This document shows positions 26,171-35,779 of a stretch of 44,860 nt of DNA, one piece after another. The position numbers were made by a program, and so were the translations under genes. The notes below the pieces were generated by a model, which worked only from the letters and a program-made list of their open reading frames with translations, was not told where the DNA came from and searched no databases. Where the stretch lies: positions 1 to 44,860 of IMG/VR virus record IMGVR_UViG_3300037311_000490. One strand, 5' to 3'. The DNA comes from a virus. Lineage: Duplodnaviria > Caudoviricetes. The first letter of the stretch is position 1; every line of letters begins with the position of its first letter.

Positions 26171-27591
26171 CAACGGGTCTTCTCACCACGACACTCGGCC
26201 GTCAGCTGATCCTGGCGGATCTGGCGGGCGGGTCCGATCTTGCGCTGACGCATGTGGCCTTTGGTGATGCAGCCGGCGCTTATCCGTTTCCGTCCGATGC
26301 CCAGACCACGCTGGTGCGGGAGCGCTACCGTGTCGGTATTGCCGGCATTCGGGTGGCACCGGGCGTGCTCTACATTGATGCCGTTATGCCCGCCGACGCG
26401 CCGGACGCGCAGGGCAGACTGCCCTACGGTTGGCCGATCTCGGAGGCTGGCCTGTTCGACAGCGCCAGCCGCCTGATCGCGGTGGCGCGGATGTCCGGGG
26501 TGGCCAACCCCAATCCGTCGACGGGACAGGCCAGCATCACAAGCTTCGTCTTTGGTCTGGCAGTCGCGAACCCAAGCGCGATTTCCGTGGTCATCGACCC
26601 ACAGGCGCAGTTGCTGATTGGCCGCCACGTGCGGGCCTTCTGGCTGACCGTGGACGGCGTTCTGAACGCGCCCCCGGCTGATCCGGTCACCGGCGCGACC
26701 TATGTCATCGGCGACACCCCCACCGGCGCATGGTCGGGCTTCGCGCATCGCCTCGCCCAATGGGTTGGTGTGTGGTCTCTGGCCACTGTGCCGGTGGGGC
26801 ACGTGGTTTGCGACAACTCCAAGGCGGAAGGGTCCCCAGATCGTCATATGCGGCGGACGGCCTCGGGCTGGGTTCCGTTCGAGGCGACGCAGGCAGCGTT
26901 TGGCGTTTCGCGCCTCGCCACCACAACCGAGATCGCCGAGCGATCCGGCAACGGTCTTGTCGCGGCCTCATCGCTGCCTGACAAGATCTTGCAGACGGCC
27001 ATCTTCGACGTGGCCGGAACATCATCCTGGGTTGCGCCGGCCGGCGTCACGCGCGTTCGCGCCCAGGTCTGGGCGGGCGGTGGCGGCGGCGGTGGTGCGG
27101 CGGGCGTAGCGGGCTCCGTCGCGTCGGCCGGCGGCGGCGGCGAGTACCGCGAAGGCGTGTTCAATGTGACGCCGGGCACTTCCTACAACGTGGTTGTGGG
27201 CGCCGGTGGCCAGTTTGGCATCTCCACGCCCACGAACGGCGGCGCGGGAGGCACGTCCTCCTTCGGCGGCTTCATTTCGGCCCTTGGCGGCTCCGGCGGT
27301 CTGGCCGCGAACGGCGGGGTGCAGGGCACTGCGGGCGCGGGCGGCTCTGGCGGCAGCGGCGGCGACATCGTTCGTTCCGGCGTGGGCGGCGGCAATGCCT
27401 ACGCCATCCCGGCCGGTTACGTTCTCTCGCAGGGCGGCGCTTCGTTCAGCAGCAACTTCACCAGCACGATCACGACGGGCGGCATCGCCAACGGCGCGCC
27501 GGGGCAATTCCCCGGCGGCGGCGCGAGCGGGGGCGCTCTGGGTGGCAGCGGCGGAACCGGCGCGCGCGGGCAAGTGATCCTGTCGTTCTGA
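26167..27591 (+). CDS. Tail fibre protein: P2 gpH-like N terminus, DUF2793-like domain, glycine-rich domain
   Basis: THVAFGD, ISEAGLFD..LIAVAR; PPADPVTGATYVIGDTPTGAWSG; WVAPAGVTRVRAQVWAGGGGGG. Confidence 0.82.
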   Translation: MTTGLLTTTLGRQLILADLAGGSDLALTHVAFGDAAGAYPFPSDAQTTLVRERYRVGIAGIRVAPGVLYIDAVMPADAPDAQGRLPYGWPISEAGLFDSASRLIAVARMSGVANPNPSTGQASITSFVFGLAVANPSAISVVIDPQAQLLIGRHVRAFWLTVDGVLNAPPADPVTGATYVIGDTPTGAWSGFAHRLAQWVGVWSLATVPVGHVVCDNSKAEGSPDRHMRRTASGWVPFEATQAAFGVSRLATTTEIAERSGNGLVAASSLPDKILQTAIFDVAGTSSWVAPAGVTRVRAQVWAGGGGGGGAAGVAGSVASAGGGGEYREGVFNVTPGTSYNVVVGAGGQFGISTPTNGGAGGTSSFGGFISALGGSGGLAANGGVQGTAGAGGSGGSGGDIVRSGVGGGNAYAIPAGYVLSQGGASFSSNFTSTITTGGIANGAPGQFPGGGASGGALGGSGGTGARGQVILSF

Positions 27592-27619
27592 AACACCCCA
27601 TCTTTCAAGGGAGCACTTC

Positions 27620-28102
27620 ATGGCGCGCTACGCTCGCATTGCAAATGGTGTGGTGGCGGAGATCATCGACCTTGCGGGCATGGCCCCGGGCGACACGTTC
27701 CACCCCGATGTGGCGGCCACGCTGGTCGCCGTGGGCACCGGCGTCAACGTCGGCGATGTCAGGTCGGGTCAGACATTTGCACCGGCCCCGCCCCTTCCCG
27801 GCCCGACGTCCGAGGCGGTGATTGCCGCCATCAAGGCCGAAGCCGGGCGCCGCATCCTGTCGCGCTTTCCGGCCCACCAGCAATCGAACGCTCTGGCTAT
27901 GGGCCTGAACGCGGCCATCGACCACGGGCCGGACCCCGCCTCGTGGCCGCCCGACCTGCAGGCCGAACTCACGCGGATGCGTGTGCTTTGGGACTGGACC
28001 AGAGCGGTGCGCGCTCGCTCCGACGCGCTTGAAGCGTCCCCGCCAACGGACATCAGCAACGACAGCCACTGGCCCGTCGCGCCAGCGAAGGACCAAACAT
28101 GA
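27620..28102 (+). CDS. Putative tail fibre assembly/accessory protein
   Basis: MARYARIANGVVAEII; IKAEAGRRI...VRARSDALE...D..WP; follows the fibre gene. Confidence 0.6.
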   Translation: MARYARIANGVVAEIIDLAGMAPGDTFHPDVAATLVAVGTGVNVGDVRSGQTFAPAPPLPGPTSEAVIAAIKAEAGRRILSRFPAHQQSNALAMGLNAAIDHGPDPASWPPDLQAELTRMRVLWDWTRAVRARSDALEASPPTDISNDSHWPVAPAKDQT

Positions 28103-29685
28103 GCGCTGCCCTGCGGAGTGACTTGGCACAAAGCAACAGCGAGCGCCTGCTGGAGCAAAGCGTGCGGCTGCTGGCCGAAATGCGCACGCTCCAGCGTCAG
28201 ATCGCACCCGTCGGGAGCCACGAAACCCTCACCGACAACCCGCACCAGACCACGGCGGCACAGGTGGGGGCGGCCACCCTTGCTGATATGGCCTTGGTCA
28301 ACTTCCGCACCACCGCGCTGGAAGCCGGGCAGGCGGACGTGACCCCGCGTTTGACCGCGCTAACAGGCGCTCTGAGTGAGGTGGTGAGCTACTTGGAAGC
28401 CGGAGTTCCAGACGAGGACGTGGTCTCGCCGGCCCCGCCCGGCGGCTTCGCCCGTTCGGTTGCCGCCGTCGCCCGCAGTTGGGAGAATGTGGGACGCTAC
28501 TGCAGCGCCTCGCAGACGCCGGCACAGAACCGCCAAGCTTTGACCTATGCGATCGACCAGCACGCGGTGCTGGAGTTCCCGGCCGGTGTCACCCTGATCG
28601 ACGATGTTGTGCACCCGCGCGCCGGTCAGCAGTGGATCGGCAAGGGTGAAGGGGCGAGCTGGCTGCGGTTGGACAAGAGCCAGCGCCCCGCGAACGAGCG
28701 CGTCGCGCTCCCTGTCATCAACATTCTGCCGGATAGGCCGGGCGTGACAATCCGGGGCCTGTCAGTCGATCAGGGCACGCAAGGCCTCGTGCAGCCGCTG
28801 CTGGGAGCACAGGTGTCGTACTGGCTCACATGCGCGCTCGTTGTTCAGGCCAGCAACACGGACATTCTGGGCTGCGGTTTCTACAATTCCTTCGACAACG
28901 GGCTCGCGGTGGGGCGGCTGCAGCAGGTGAGTGGGGACGGCATCACCACGCCGATCTTCTCGACAATCGTGTCATTTGAGCCGCGCGATATCGTGGTCGA
29001 CAATTGCTACGCCTACCGCTGCGGCATTGGCGAGCACGACCTTTTCCTGCCCGGCATGGCTGGCCCGGAACAGGGCAAAAAGGGGGCGGGGATCAACATC
29101 GGCAACGCCAGTGTCGTGACCGTGTCCAACAATATGACGCGCGAGTGCGGGAACGGCATCGCGGTCGATTTCGGCGCGGGCGCCAACTGCGTTCTGGACG
29201 GCAATATCACCGAGTTCACGCGACAGGACACGGCGTATCCGTACAACGGATCGGGCATTGGCCTGTACATCGCCAGCGGACCCGTGAATTGCATTGGTCA
29301 TCAGGACCGATTTGCCGACAGACTGGGCATTGTCGCGGATGCGTTGGCGCAAGGCGTCAACATCACCGGCGGGCAGGTCTACGCCTCTCGGGGGGCAGGC
29401 GTGCGCATCACCGGCACCGACTGCACGATCACCGGATTGCAGGTGGCCGAATGCTCACAGGAGGGCGCGGGGCTGCACCCCGGCATCAGCATTGATGCCG
29501 GCTACGGGGCGGGCGACCTGCACATCATGATGACCGGCGTGCGCAGCTACGGCGCGCTGCAATCCGATGGCATCCGCGAGACGGGCGTCAACGGTCGCAC
29601 GGTGCGCGGCAAGATCCTGGGCGATTTCCGGGGCAATATCTCGTCGACGGGCATCACGACGCTCGGCCAGACGGTCTACCTGTGA
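28099..29685 (+). CDS. Tailspike-like protein with right-handed beta-helix (putative depolymerase) 1
   Basis: ALTYAID..VLEFPAG..., repeated G-I/V-x-N beta-helix turns, NPHQTTAAQVG fibre motif. Confidence 0.72.
   Translation: MSAALRSDLAQSNSERLLEQSVRLLAEMRTLQRQIAPVGSHETLTDNPHQTTAAQVGAATLADMALVNFRTTALEAGQADVTPRLTALTGALSEVVSYLEAGVPDEDVVSPAPPGGFARSVAAVARSWENVGRYCSASQTPAQNRQALTYAIDQHAVLEFPAGVTLIDDVVHPRAGQQWIGKGEGASWLRLDKSQRPANERVALPVINILPDRPGVTIRGLSVDQGTQGLVQPLLGAQVSYWLTCALVVQASNTDILGCGFYNSFDNGLAVGRLQQVSGDGITTPIFSTIVSFEPRDIVVDNCYAYRCGIGEHDLFLPGMAGPEQGKKGAGINIGNASVVTVSNNMTRECGNGIAVDFGAGANCVLDGNITEFTRQDTAYPYNGSGIGLYIASGPVNCIGHQDRFADRLGIVADALAQGVNITGGQVYASRGAGVRITGTDCTITGLQVAECSQEGAGLHPGISIDAGYGAGDLHIMMTGVRSYGALQSDGIRETGVNGRTVRGKILGDFRGNISSTGITTLGQTVYL
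28230..28277 (+). repeat. 48-bp direct repeat, copy 1
   Basis: 47/48 identical to 29784-29831. Confidence 0.9.
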
Positions 29686-29694
29686 GCCCATGAC

Positions 29695-31935
29695 ATGACA
29701 ATTCAGATCGCCAGAGCGCGCCAGTGGCTGGAAGGCATCGCGCCACACCCTGACACGCCGGATTTCATCGCTCATGTAGTACGCACCGACAACCCGCACC
29801 AGACCACTGCGGCACAGGTGGGGGCGGCCACTTCGGCCGAGATGGCGGCCGTCGTGGCGCGCGCGGCCGCTCTGGAAACCGGCGAGGCGGCTATCCGTTG
29901 GGTACGCGCCAACGGCGCGGCCTATGTGGCCCGGACCATCGCCGACAAGCTTCGCGACGCCATCCACGCCTCGGATGTGACCCGGCCCACCGACGACGCC
30001 GCCCATGAGCGGCTGAACGAGCTGATGGGCAATGTGTCCGCCGAAGGTGGGGGCGTGATCTTCCTGGATGGGCGTACATGGCGCGTGGGTGGCCGGCTCG
30101 TCCAGCACGACAACGTCACGCTGATGGGCGTCGGTCCGGGTTTCGTGGTGGGGGGCAGCCCCACAGACTATGCCGGCACGACGCTGATGCTGGGGGACGG
30201 GGTGAACGATCACCTGCTGGTCTCCGCCAACTGGGAGGCGAACGACGCCACCCGCCCGAACCTCAACGGTGGCGTGAGCAACCTGACACTGCACGGCAAC
30301 CGGGCGCAGAACCCGACCGCGCCGGACATCACACAAATGTTCACGACCAACTTCAGGTGGGACAATGTGGAGGTCTGGGAGGCGCGCGCGAACTGCTTCA
30401 CCCACACCGGCTACACCCGCAACGGCACACTGGTGGCCGGCTCCATGCCGCACAACAAGTTCAACTGGGTACTTGCAGCCAACAGTGGGGGCTCGGGCCT
30501 CCGCATCATCGCGCCGGTTGGTGCGCCGCTCACAGATTATGCCATCGACGGTTTTGCCTTCGGGTTCCTGGACGGCTACGGCATCCATGCCGACAATGCT
30601 GGCGGCATGGACCTGACGGACGGCCGGACCTACCTGTGCCGCAAGGGCGAAATCCGCATCGCCGGCGCCACGTCCTTTACCATGCACGGGCTCAACATTC
30701 AGGTTGCGGCCGGGCGCGCGCCGGGTGCCCTTGAGCATGTGGGCGTGGATGTGACGCTGACCTACAATGGTCAGGCCAGCATCATCGGCAACCAGGTCTG
30801 GGCGCAGGCGGGCGACCCCGGCTTTCTGCCTCTGTCGGCGCATGAGGACCTGGTCGACAACGGCGTTCCGTTCACGTTCATCAGGATCCGCAAGGGCGCT
30901 CAGACCATCAACGGCGGCAGCCAGTGCGCGCACAACAACATCGTCTATGCGCACTCCAACGTCGACGGCGCATCGCCGCTCGCGCCCGGACAGGTTCGAT
31001 CGGTGGTGCTGGAGGGCTGGCTGCCCGGGGATCAGGCCGTGCGGGTGGAGAGCATTGTCCACCACGGCTGCGCGGCCCCGAGCGGTAGCGGCATCATCGC
31101 CGGCTCCATCGACGCGGGACAGACGGCGGCTATCGCGCAGATCAACGGGCAGGCGCCGCGCAACCACATCGTCAATGGCCGGTTTGCTGTCGCCCAGCGC
31201 GGCGATGGCCCCTTCCCGGCCGGCGGCTACACGGTGGATGGCGTTCGGCTGGTGGTGGGCAATGGCGCGAGCTGCGCCGTGGCGCGCCAGCCGGCCTTTA
31301 CGCCCGATGCGCAGCACTGCCTCGCCTGGTCGCGCACAGTGGCCGGCTCCTCGGTGTCGCAGCTGTCGCTCCCGCTCGATGACGTGCGGATCCTCGCCGG
31401 CCAGCGGGTGACGCTGACCTTCGATGCGCACTGGTCCGGTGTGGCGGATCTGGTGCTGGCGGCCTGGGGCTATCAGGTGCTGGGAACAGGCGGCTCGGCC
31501 CCCGGCTACGCCGTGCAGGGGTTCGTGCTCAAGCCCGGCCTGAACCGGCAGATCGCGGTGTCCTTCGACCTGCCGTCGATCGACGGCAAGACCATCGGAA
31601 CGGCTCACTCCGTGTCATTCGGTATCGACTGGGATCACATCGATGCCAATGGCACCCTGAAGATCCAGCGCTTCCACCTCGATGCCAGCGCCTGCGATCA
31701 GCCGCAACCGGCTCCGCACCTGCCGGCGTCGGAGGTGCTGGCCGAGTGCCGCCGGCAATTCCAGCGGCTGGAAGTGAGCGCGATCAACGGCACGCTGCAT
31801 CTGCCTATCCAGCGTATGGCCCGCACGCCCACGGCCAGCGCCAGCGCCGGCACGGTGGTGGTGAGGCCGGATGCCATTGCGCTGACCCACACGGCCGCCG
31901 CCGACGTGACCATCGACCTGACCTGCGAGGTGTGA
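29695..31935 (+). CDS. Tailspike-like protein with beta-helix and C-terminal beta-sandwich-like domain 2
   Basis: ARTIADKLRD, GGGVIFL, NVTLMGVG, NLTLHGNR; C-terminal RNHIVNGRFAVAQRG...ECRRQFQRL. Confidence 0.75.
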   Translation: MTIQIARARQWLEGIAPHPDTPDFIAHVVRTDNPHQTTAAQVGAATSAEMAAVVARAAALETGEAAIRWVRANGAAYVARTIADKLRDAIHASDVTRPTDDAAHERLNELMGNVSAEGGGVIFLDGRTWRVGGRLVQHDNVTLMGVGPGFVVGGSPTDYAGTTLMLGDGVNDHLLVSANWEANDATRPNLNGGVSNLTLHGNRAQNPTAPDITQMFTTNFRWDNVEVWEARANCFTHTGYTRNGTLVAGSMPHNKFNWVLAANSGGSGLRIIAPVGAPLTDYAIDGFAFGFLDGYGIHADNAGGMDLTDGRTYLCRKGEIRIAGATSFTMHGLNIQVAAGRAPGALEHVGVDVTLTYNGQASIIGNQVWAQAGDPGFLPLSAHEDLVDNGVPFTFIRIRKGAQTINGGSQCAHNNIVYAHSNVDGASPLAPGQVRSVVLEGWLPGDQAVRVESIVHHGCAAPSGSGIIAGSIDAGQTAAIAQINGQAPRNHIVNGRFAVAQRGDGPFPAGGYTVDGVRLVVGNGASCAVARQPAFTPDAQHCLAWSRTVAGSSVSQLSLPLDDVRILAGQRVTLTFDAHWSGVADLVLAAWGYQVLGTGGSAPGYAVQGFVLKPGLNRQIAVSFDLPSIDGKTIGTAHSVSFGIDWDHIDANGTLKIQRFHLDASACDQPQPAPHLPASEVLAECRRQFQRLEVSAINGTLHLPIQRMARTPTASASAGTVVVRPDAIALTHTAAADVTIDLTCEV
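29784..29831 (+). repeat. 48-bp direct repeat, copy 2
   Basis: 47/48 identical to 28230-28277. Confidence 0.9.
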
Positions 31936-32291
31936 GTGTGACCACGTTCAACGCTCCCCTCTGGCGCGGCTTTGACTGGCGCTCGCCGGAGCTGGTGTTC
32001 GTGACGGCGGGCACGCCCTCTCAGCCGCTTTTCCCGGGCACGGCGCGCTTTCGCGGCGCGGTGAAAACGACCGTGCATGACGCGCAGGCGCTGGCGCTGT
32101 TGACGACGGAGCAAGGCCACCTGTTGGTGACGGCGGCGGGCACGCTGGTGATCTTGCTGCCGGGCACCATGACGGCCGCGTGGCGGCCGGGCACCGTCGT
32201 GCTTGATCTTGTGCGGACGGACGTGAGCCCGCAGCAGCATCTGGGCACGCTCGTCAACGTCACGATCCTGCAGCCGCCGAGCGCGCCATGA
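31932..32291 (+). CDS. Hypothetical virion-associated protein
   Basis: GTGA/ATGA coupling; beta-rich. Confidence 0.6.
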   Translation: MSVTTFNAPLWRGFDWRSPELVFVTAGTPSQPLFPGTARFRGAVKTTVHDAQALALLTTEQGHLLVTAAGTLVILLPGTMTAAWRPGTVVLDLVRTDVSPQQHLGTLVNVTILQPPSAP

Positions 32292-32641
32292 CGATCACGG
32301 TGCAGCAGCCGCCCGGCGTCGTGACCGTGCGCGTGGCGGAAGGGCTGCCGGCGCGGGTGTCGGTGCCGGTATCACCCGCCACGGTCACCGTGGTCGCGCG
32401 GGCGGAGCGCGGCGAGAAGGGCGAGCGCGGCCCGGCCGGCGCATCCGGCGGGGGCTATTACCACGTCCAGTCCATCCCGGCCGCCACCTGGGAGATCGAG
32501 CACGGGCTCGGCTTCCGTCCGGCCGTGGCCGTCTACGACAGCGCGGGCAATGCCTGCGAGGGCGGCGTCGCCCACCCGACACCCAACCGCATCGTCCTGA
32601 CGTTTTCCGCCGCGTTCGCCGGCACCTGCCGCCTTGTCTGA
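32288..32641 (+). CDS. Hypothetical fibre-associated protein with short collagen-like repeat
   Basis: RGEKGERGPAGASG; C-terminal TWEIEHGLG..PAVAVYD. Confidence 0.65.
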   Translation: MTITVQQPPGVVTVRVAEGLPARVSVPVSPATVTVVARAERGEKGERGPAGASGGGYYHVQSIPAATWEIEHGLGFRPAVAVYDSAGNACEGGVAHPTPNRIVLTFSAAFAGTCRLV

Positions 32642-32650
32642 GGATCGACC

Positions 32651-33802
32651 ATGACCGTCCGCAACATTCTGAGCATCGTCAACTTCGGCCTTAACCCGGC
32701 GCAGGGCTTCCGTGTCGAGAACCTCGCGGGCGATCCCGTCGCCGGCAATCCGGGCCGGCTGATCTACAACACCAGCACCGGCCAGTTCAAATTCGACACC
32801 GGCGCAAGCTGGACGGCCGTGGGCAGCGTGTCGTCCGTGTCGTGGGGCGACATCACGGGCAAGCCGACGACATTCCCGCCTTCGGCCCATGGACACGCCA
32901 TCGCGGATGTGACCGGGCTGCAAACGGCGCTTGATGGCAAGGTGGACGATAGCCAGGCTACCGCATTCGGCCTGTCGCTGCTGGACGACGCGGATGCTGC
33001 GGCGGGGCGCGCCACGCTGGGGCTTGGGACCGCAGCCACCAGCGCGGCCACGGCTTTCGCCACTGCAGCGCACACCCATGGCGATGCGGATATCACGGCC
33101 CTTTCCGCCGCCAAGCTTACGGGCACCATCGATCCGGCGCGGCTGCCCGCCACTGCCTTTCAGGCGCCCATCGTGTCATCGGGCGCCATTTCGGCTTTGA
33201 CGGCGCCGCAGCAGAACGAGATCGTCACGGGCAGCCGCGTGGTAACCACGGACGGCCGCGAATGGGCCTATTCCGGGTCTGGCTCCAAGACGCTGGAAGC
33301 CAGCTACATCCAGATGGCTGACAGCACGCCCGAGTGGAGCGTCATCGCCAACAAGCCTTCAACTTTCGCCCCTTCCGCGCACAACCACTCGGCGGCCGAG
33401 ATCACCAGCGGCACATTCGCCCTTGCGCTGCTTCCGGTGGCGCCCTCGGGCACCAGCAGCGCCACGCAGGTGGTGCGCGCCGATGACAGCCGCCTGTCCA
33501 ACGCCCGCGCGCCCACGGCCCACAACCACACGTCATCCGAGATCACCGATTTCGCCTCGGCGGTGGACGCCCGCCTGACCGCTCAGGCGCGGGTCTTCCG
33601 TGCCACCGGGCCGTCCTCTGGTGGCACGACATGGGCCGTCACGCACAATCTGAACGTGGCGTCGGTGCATTTCCAGCTTTGGGATGTGGCCACGAACGCG
33701 CTGGTGGAGGCGGGCGCGACGCACACGAACAGCAACGTGCTGACGGTCGGCTTCGCGCAGACGCAAAGCGCCAACGCGTTCCGCATCGTCATCACGGGCT
33801 GA
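32651..33802 (+). CDS. Fibre protein with HxH phage-tail repeats
   Basis: WGDITGKPTTFPPSAHGH, AAHTH, WSVIANKPSTFAPSAHNH, PTAHNH. Confidence 0.75.
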   Translation: MTVRNILSIVNFGLNPAQGFRVENLAGDPVAGNPGRLIYNTSTGQFKFDTGASWTAVGSVSSVSWGDITGKPTTFPPSAHGHAIADVTGLQTALDGKVDDSQATAFGLSLLDDADAAAGRATLGLGTAATSAATAFATAAHTHGDADITALSAAKLTGTIDPARLPATAFQAPIVSSGAISALTAPQQNEIVTGSRVVTTDGREWAYSGSGSKTLEASYIQMADSTPEWSVIANKPSTFAPSAHNHSAAEITSGTFALALLPVAPSGTSSATQVVRADDSRLSNARAPTAHNHTSSEITDFASAVDARLTAQARVFRATGPSSGGTTWAVTHNLNVASVHFQLWDVATNALVEAGATHTNSNVLTVGFAQTQSANAFRIVITG

Positions 33803-33812
33803 GCGGGCTGCC

Positions 33813-34682
33813 ATGACGCTTCGCTCGCTCTCGCAGGCCACCGGGCCGGGCGGCGTGCCCGCCTTTGCCGTCGAGCCGACCCGGACCTATTTCCCGAACG
33901 GGCGTTTCGAGTACACCAGCGGGGCCGCGCCATGGTCGGCCTACGGGCATACAGCCTGGGGCCTGATCCTCGCGCCCGGCGCGGGAACGACGATCAATGT
34001 GACGCGCATCGAGGGCATCGTCGATGGGCACCAGCACGCGATGGAGTTCCATCGCACCGTCGCCGGCACGTCGATTACCCAACTGGTTATGGTCATCCCC
34101 AATGTCTGGGCATTGTCCGGCCAGCGCGCGACGCTGACGCTTGCGGGTGTGCGGTGGACGGGCGCGTCGCCGCTGCCGCTGCAGCTCTACCAGTACCAGT
34201 TCTTCAACGGCGGCGGGGTCGATACCTATGCCGCGCAATCCATCGACATTCCGGCCGGCGACAGCCAGTTGCTGGCGTTCTCCTTCGACATACCGTCCTG
34301 CGCGGGCAAGTTTTCCGCGGCGGGCTCTCAACTGCAGATCGGCTTCAACTGGCGGGAAACCGATCCCAACGGCACGTTGACGCTGGATGGCATCTGCATT
34401 GCCCGCAGCAACGGCGACCTGCCACAGCTTGCGCCGCGCCTGCCTCTTTCGCTCATTCAGGCGGAAAGCGGCGGTGCGCCGGGAGGCTCCGCGCCGGCGG
34501 TGCAGGATGAGGGGGCGGGCGTCGTGGCCGCCGCGAGCACGCTGAATTTCGTCGGGCCGGGCGTGACCGTGACCAACGGCGGCGGCGGCATCGCGACCGT
34601 CACCATCCCCGGCATCACCGTGGGCGCGACCGCGCCGGCGGGCCCCGTGGTCGGGCAACTCTGGGTGGATACCTCCGCATGA
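33813..34682 (+). CDS. Hypothetical protein related to the C-terminal domain of tailspike 2
   Basis: NGRF, LSGQRATLT, SFDIPS, NGTL motifs shared with 29695-31935; C-terminal GQLWVDTS. Confidence 0.65.
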   Translation: MTLRSLSQATGPGGVPAFAVEPTRTYFPNGRFEYTSGAAPWSAYGHTAWGLILAPGAGTTINVTRIEGIVDGHQHAMEFHRTVAGTSITQLVMVIPNVWALSGQRATLTLAGVRWTGASPLPLQLYQYQFFNGGGVDTYAAQSIDIPAGDSQLLAFSFDIPSCAGKFSAAGSQLQIGFNWRETDPNGTLTLDGICIARSNGDLPQLAPRLPLSLIQAESGGAPGGSAPAVQDEGAGVVAAASTLNFVGPGVTVTNGGGGIATVTIPGITVGATAPAGPVVGQLWVDTSA

Positions 34683-35494
34683 TTACCACACGCGACCAGC
34701 TCATTGACTCGCTCGCCAACAAATCGAGCCGGATCGTCATCGACAAGGGCAGCCTCGGCAGCACGACCGTGGGCGGCTATCATTCGCTCTGGCGCGCGAC
34801 GGGCACCCCCGCGCAGGCGGCGCTACCGACAGCGGCGGCCATACCGACGAATGCGACGGTGGGCGCGCTCAATTTCGAGCAGCAGACCGCGCCGGCCACG
34901 AGCTACCTCGGGCACATGTACGCCACCAGCAGCAACAACGCGATGGCGCTGGAAATTCGCGACCGCGTCGGCCACATGGGCGGCCTCAGCGGCACCGTGG
35001 TGACGGCGCAGAATGTGGGCCTTGATCTCCTGACGCTGGGGCTGCCGGCCGCACGCCGGGGCGATGCCAACTTCAGCGACGTGCAATGGTTTCTGGAATG
35101 GTTCGCCGACACCGGCGCGACCGCCAGCAATGCCACGATCAACGTGACCTACGATGATGGCAGCGTGGGCAACCTCGCGCTCATCGCCGTGGGCGCCACG
35201 GTGCGCAACAGCCGCATGCTGCCGCTCAACCCGGCCGCGAACGGGCGGTACATCCGGGGCGTCAACACCGTCACGCTGTCCGCCAGCACGGCCACGGCCG
35301 GGAACTTCGGCGTCACCGCAACCCGAATGCGGGCGGTGATACCGATGCCGTTGGCGAACTTCACGACCGTCATGGAATGGGCGCAGCTTGGGTTGCCCGA
35401 GGTGCCCAACGATGCCTGCCTGATGCTGAACGTCATCACGTCAACGACCACCACCGGCACGCTGCGCGCCGGCGGCAAGCTGATCCATGGCTGA
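34679..35494 (+). CDS. Hypothetical beta-rich virion-associated protein
   Basis: ATGA coupling; Thr/Gly-rich; within the fibre cassette. Confidence 0.65.
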   Translation: MITTRDQLIDSLANKSSRIVIDKGSLGSTTVGGYHSLWRATGTPAQAALPTAAAIPTNATVGALNFEQQTAPATSYLGHMYATSSNNAMALEIRDRVGHMGGLSGTVVTAQNVGLDLLTLGLPAARRGDANFSDVQWFLEWFADTGATASNATINVTYDDGSVGNLALIAVGATVRNSRMLPLNPAANGRYIRGVNTVTLSASTATAGNFGVTATRMRAVIPMPLANFTTVMEWAQLGLPEVPNDACLMLNVITSTTTTGTLRAGGKLIHG

Positions 35495-35726
35495 CGCCCT
35501 CCCGCAGGTTGACCTGCCGCGCGGCATCACCGGGGCCAGCGACCTGTGGGACAACGGCGCGGCCGGGGCGGTCCTCTCCGCCGGCTACTTCGGCTCGCCC
35601 ACGCCAGCTTCGCCCCTGCGGGTGTGGACCGGCACGGCGTGGGTGCCCGCCACCCTGCGCGCGTGGGACGGCAGCGCATGGGTCGTGCGGCCCGTGAGAC
35701 ATTGGACCGGCAGCGGCTGGGCCTGA
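35487..35726 (+). CDS. Small protein with three WxGxxW repeats
   Basis: VWTGTAW, AWDGSAW, HWTGSGW. Confidence 0.65.
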   Translation: MADALPQVDLPRGITGASDLWDNGAAGAVLSAGYFGSPTPASPLRVWTGTAWVPATLRAWDGSAWVVRPVRHWTGSGWA

Positions 35727-35779
35727 TCCGGGCGGTCAGCGACAGCTTCACCACGGCAAAAATCGCGGCAGCTGCCTCA

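Noticed and set aside
29455-31608. Long antisense ORFs (717 aa here; also 38094-39878, 39608-41320, 41022-42512, 35748-37064)
   Set aside because: Shadow ORFs opposite well-supported genes, expected at this GC; no recognisable motifs.
26167-35726. Invertible segment or diversity-generating retroelement for tail variation
   Set aside because: No invertase, reverse transcriptase or inverted cassette seen; the 48-bp repeat differs at a G/T position, not at adenines, and is N-terminal.
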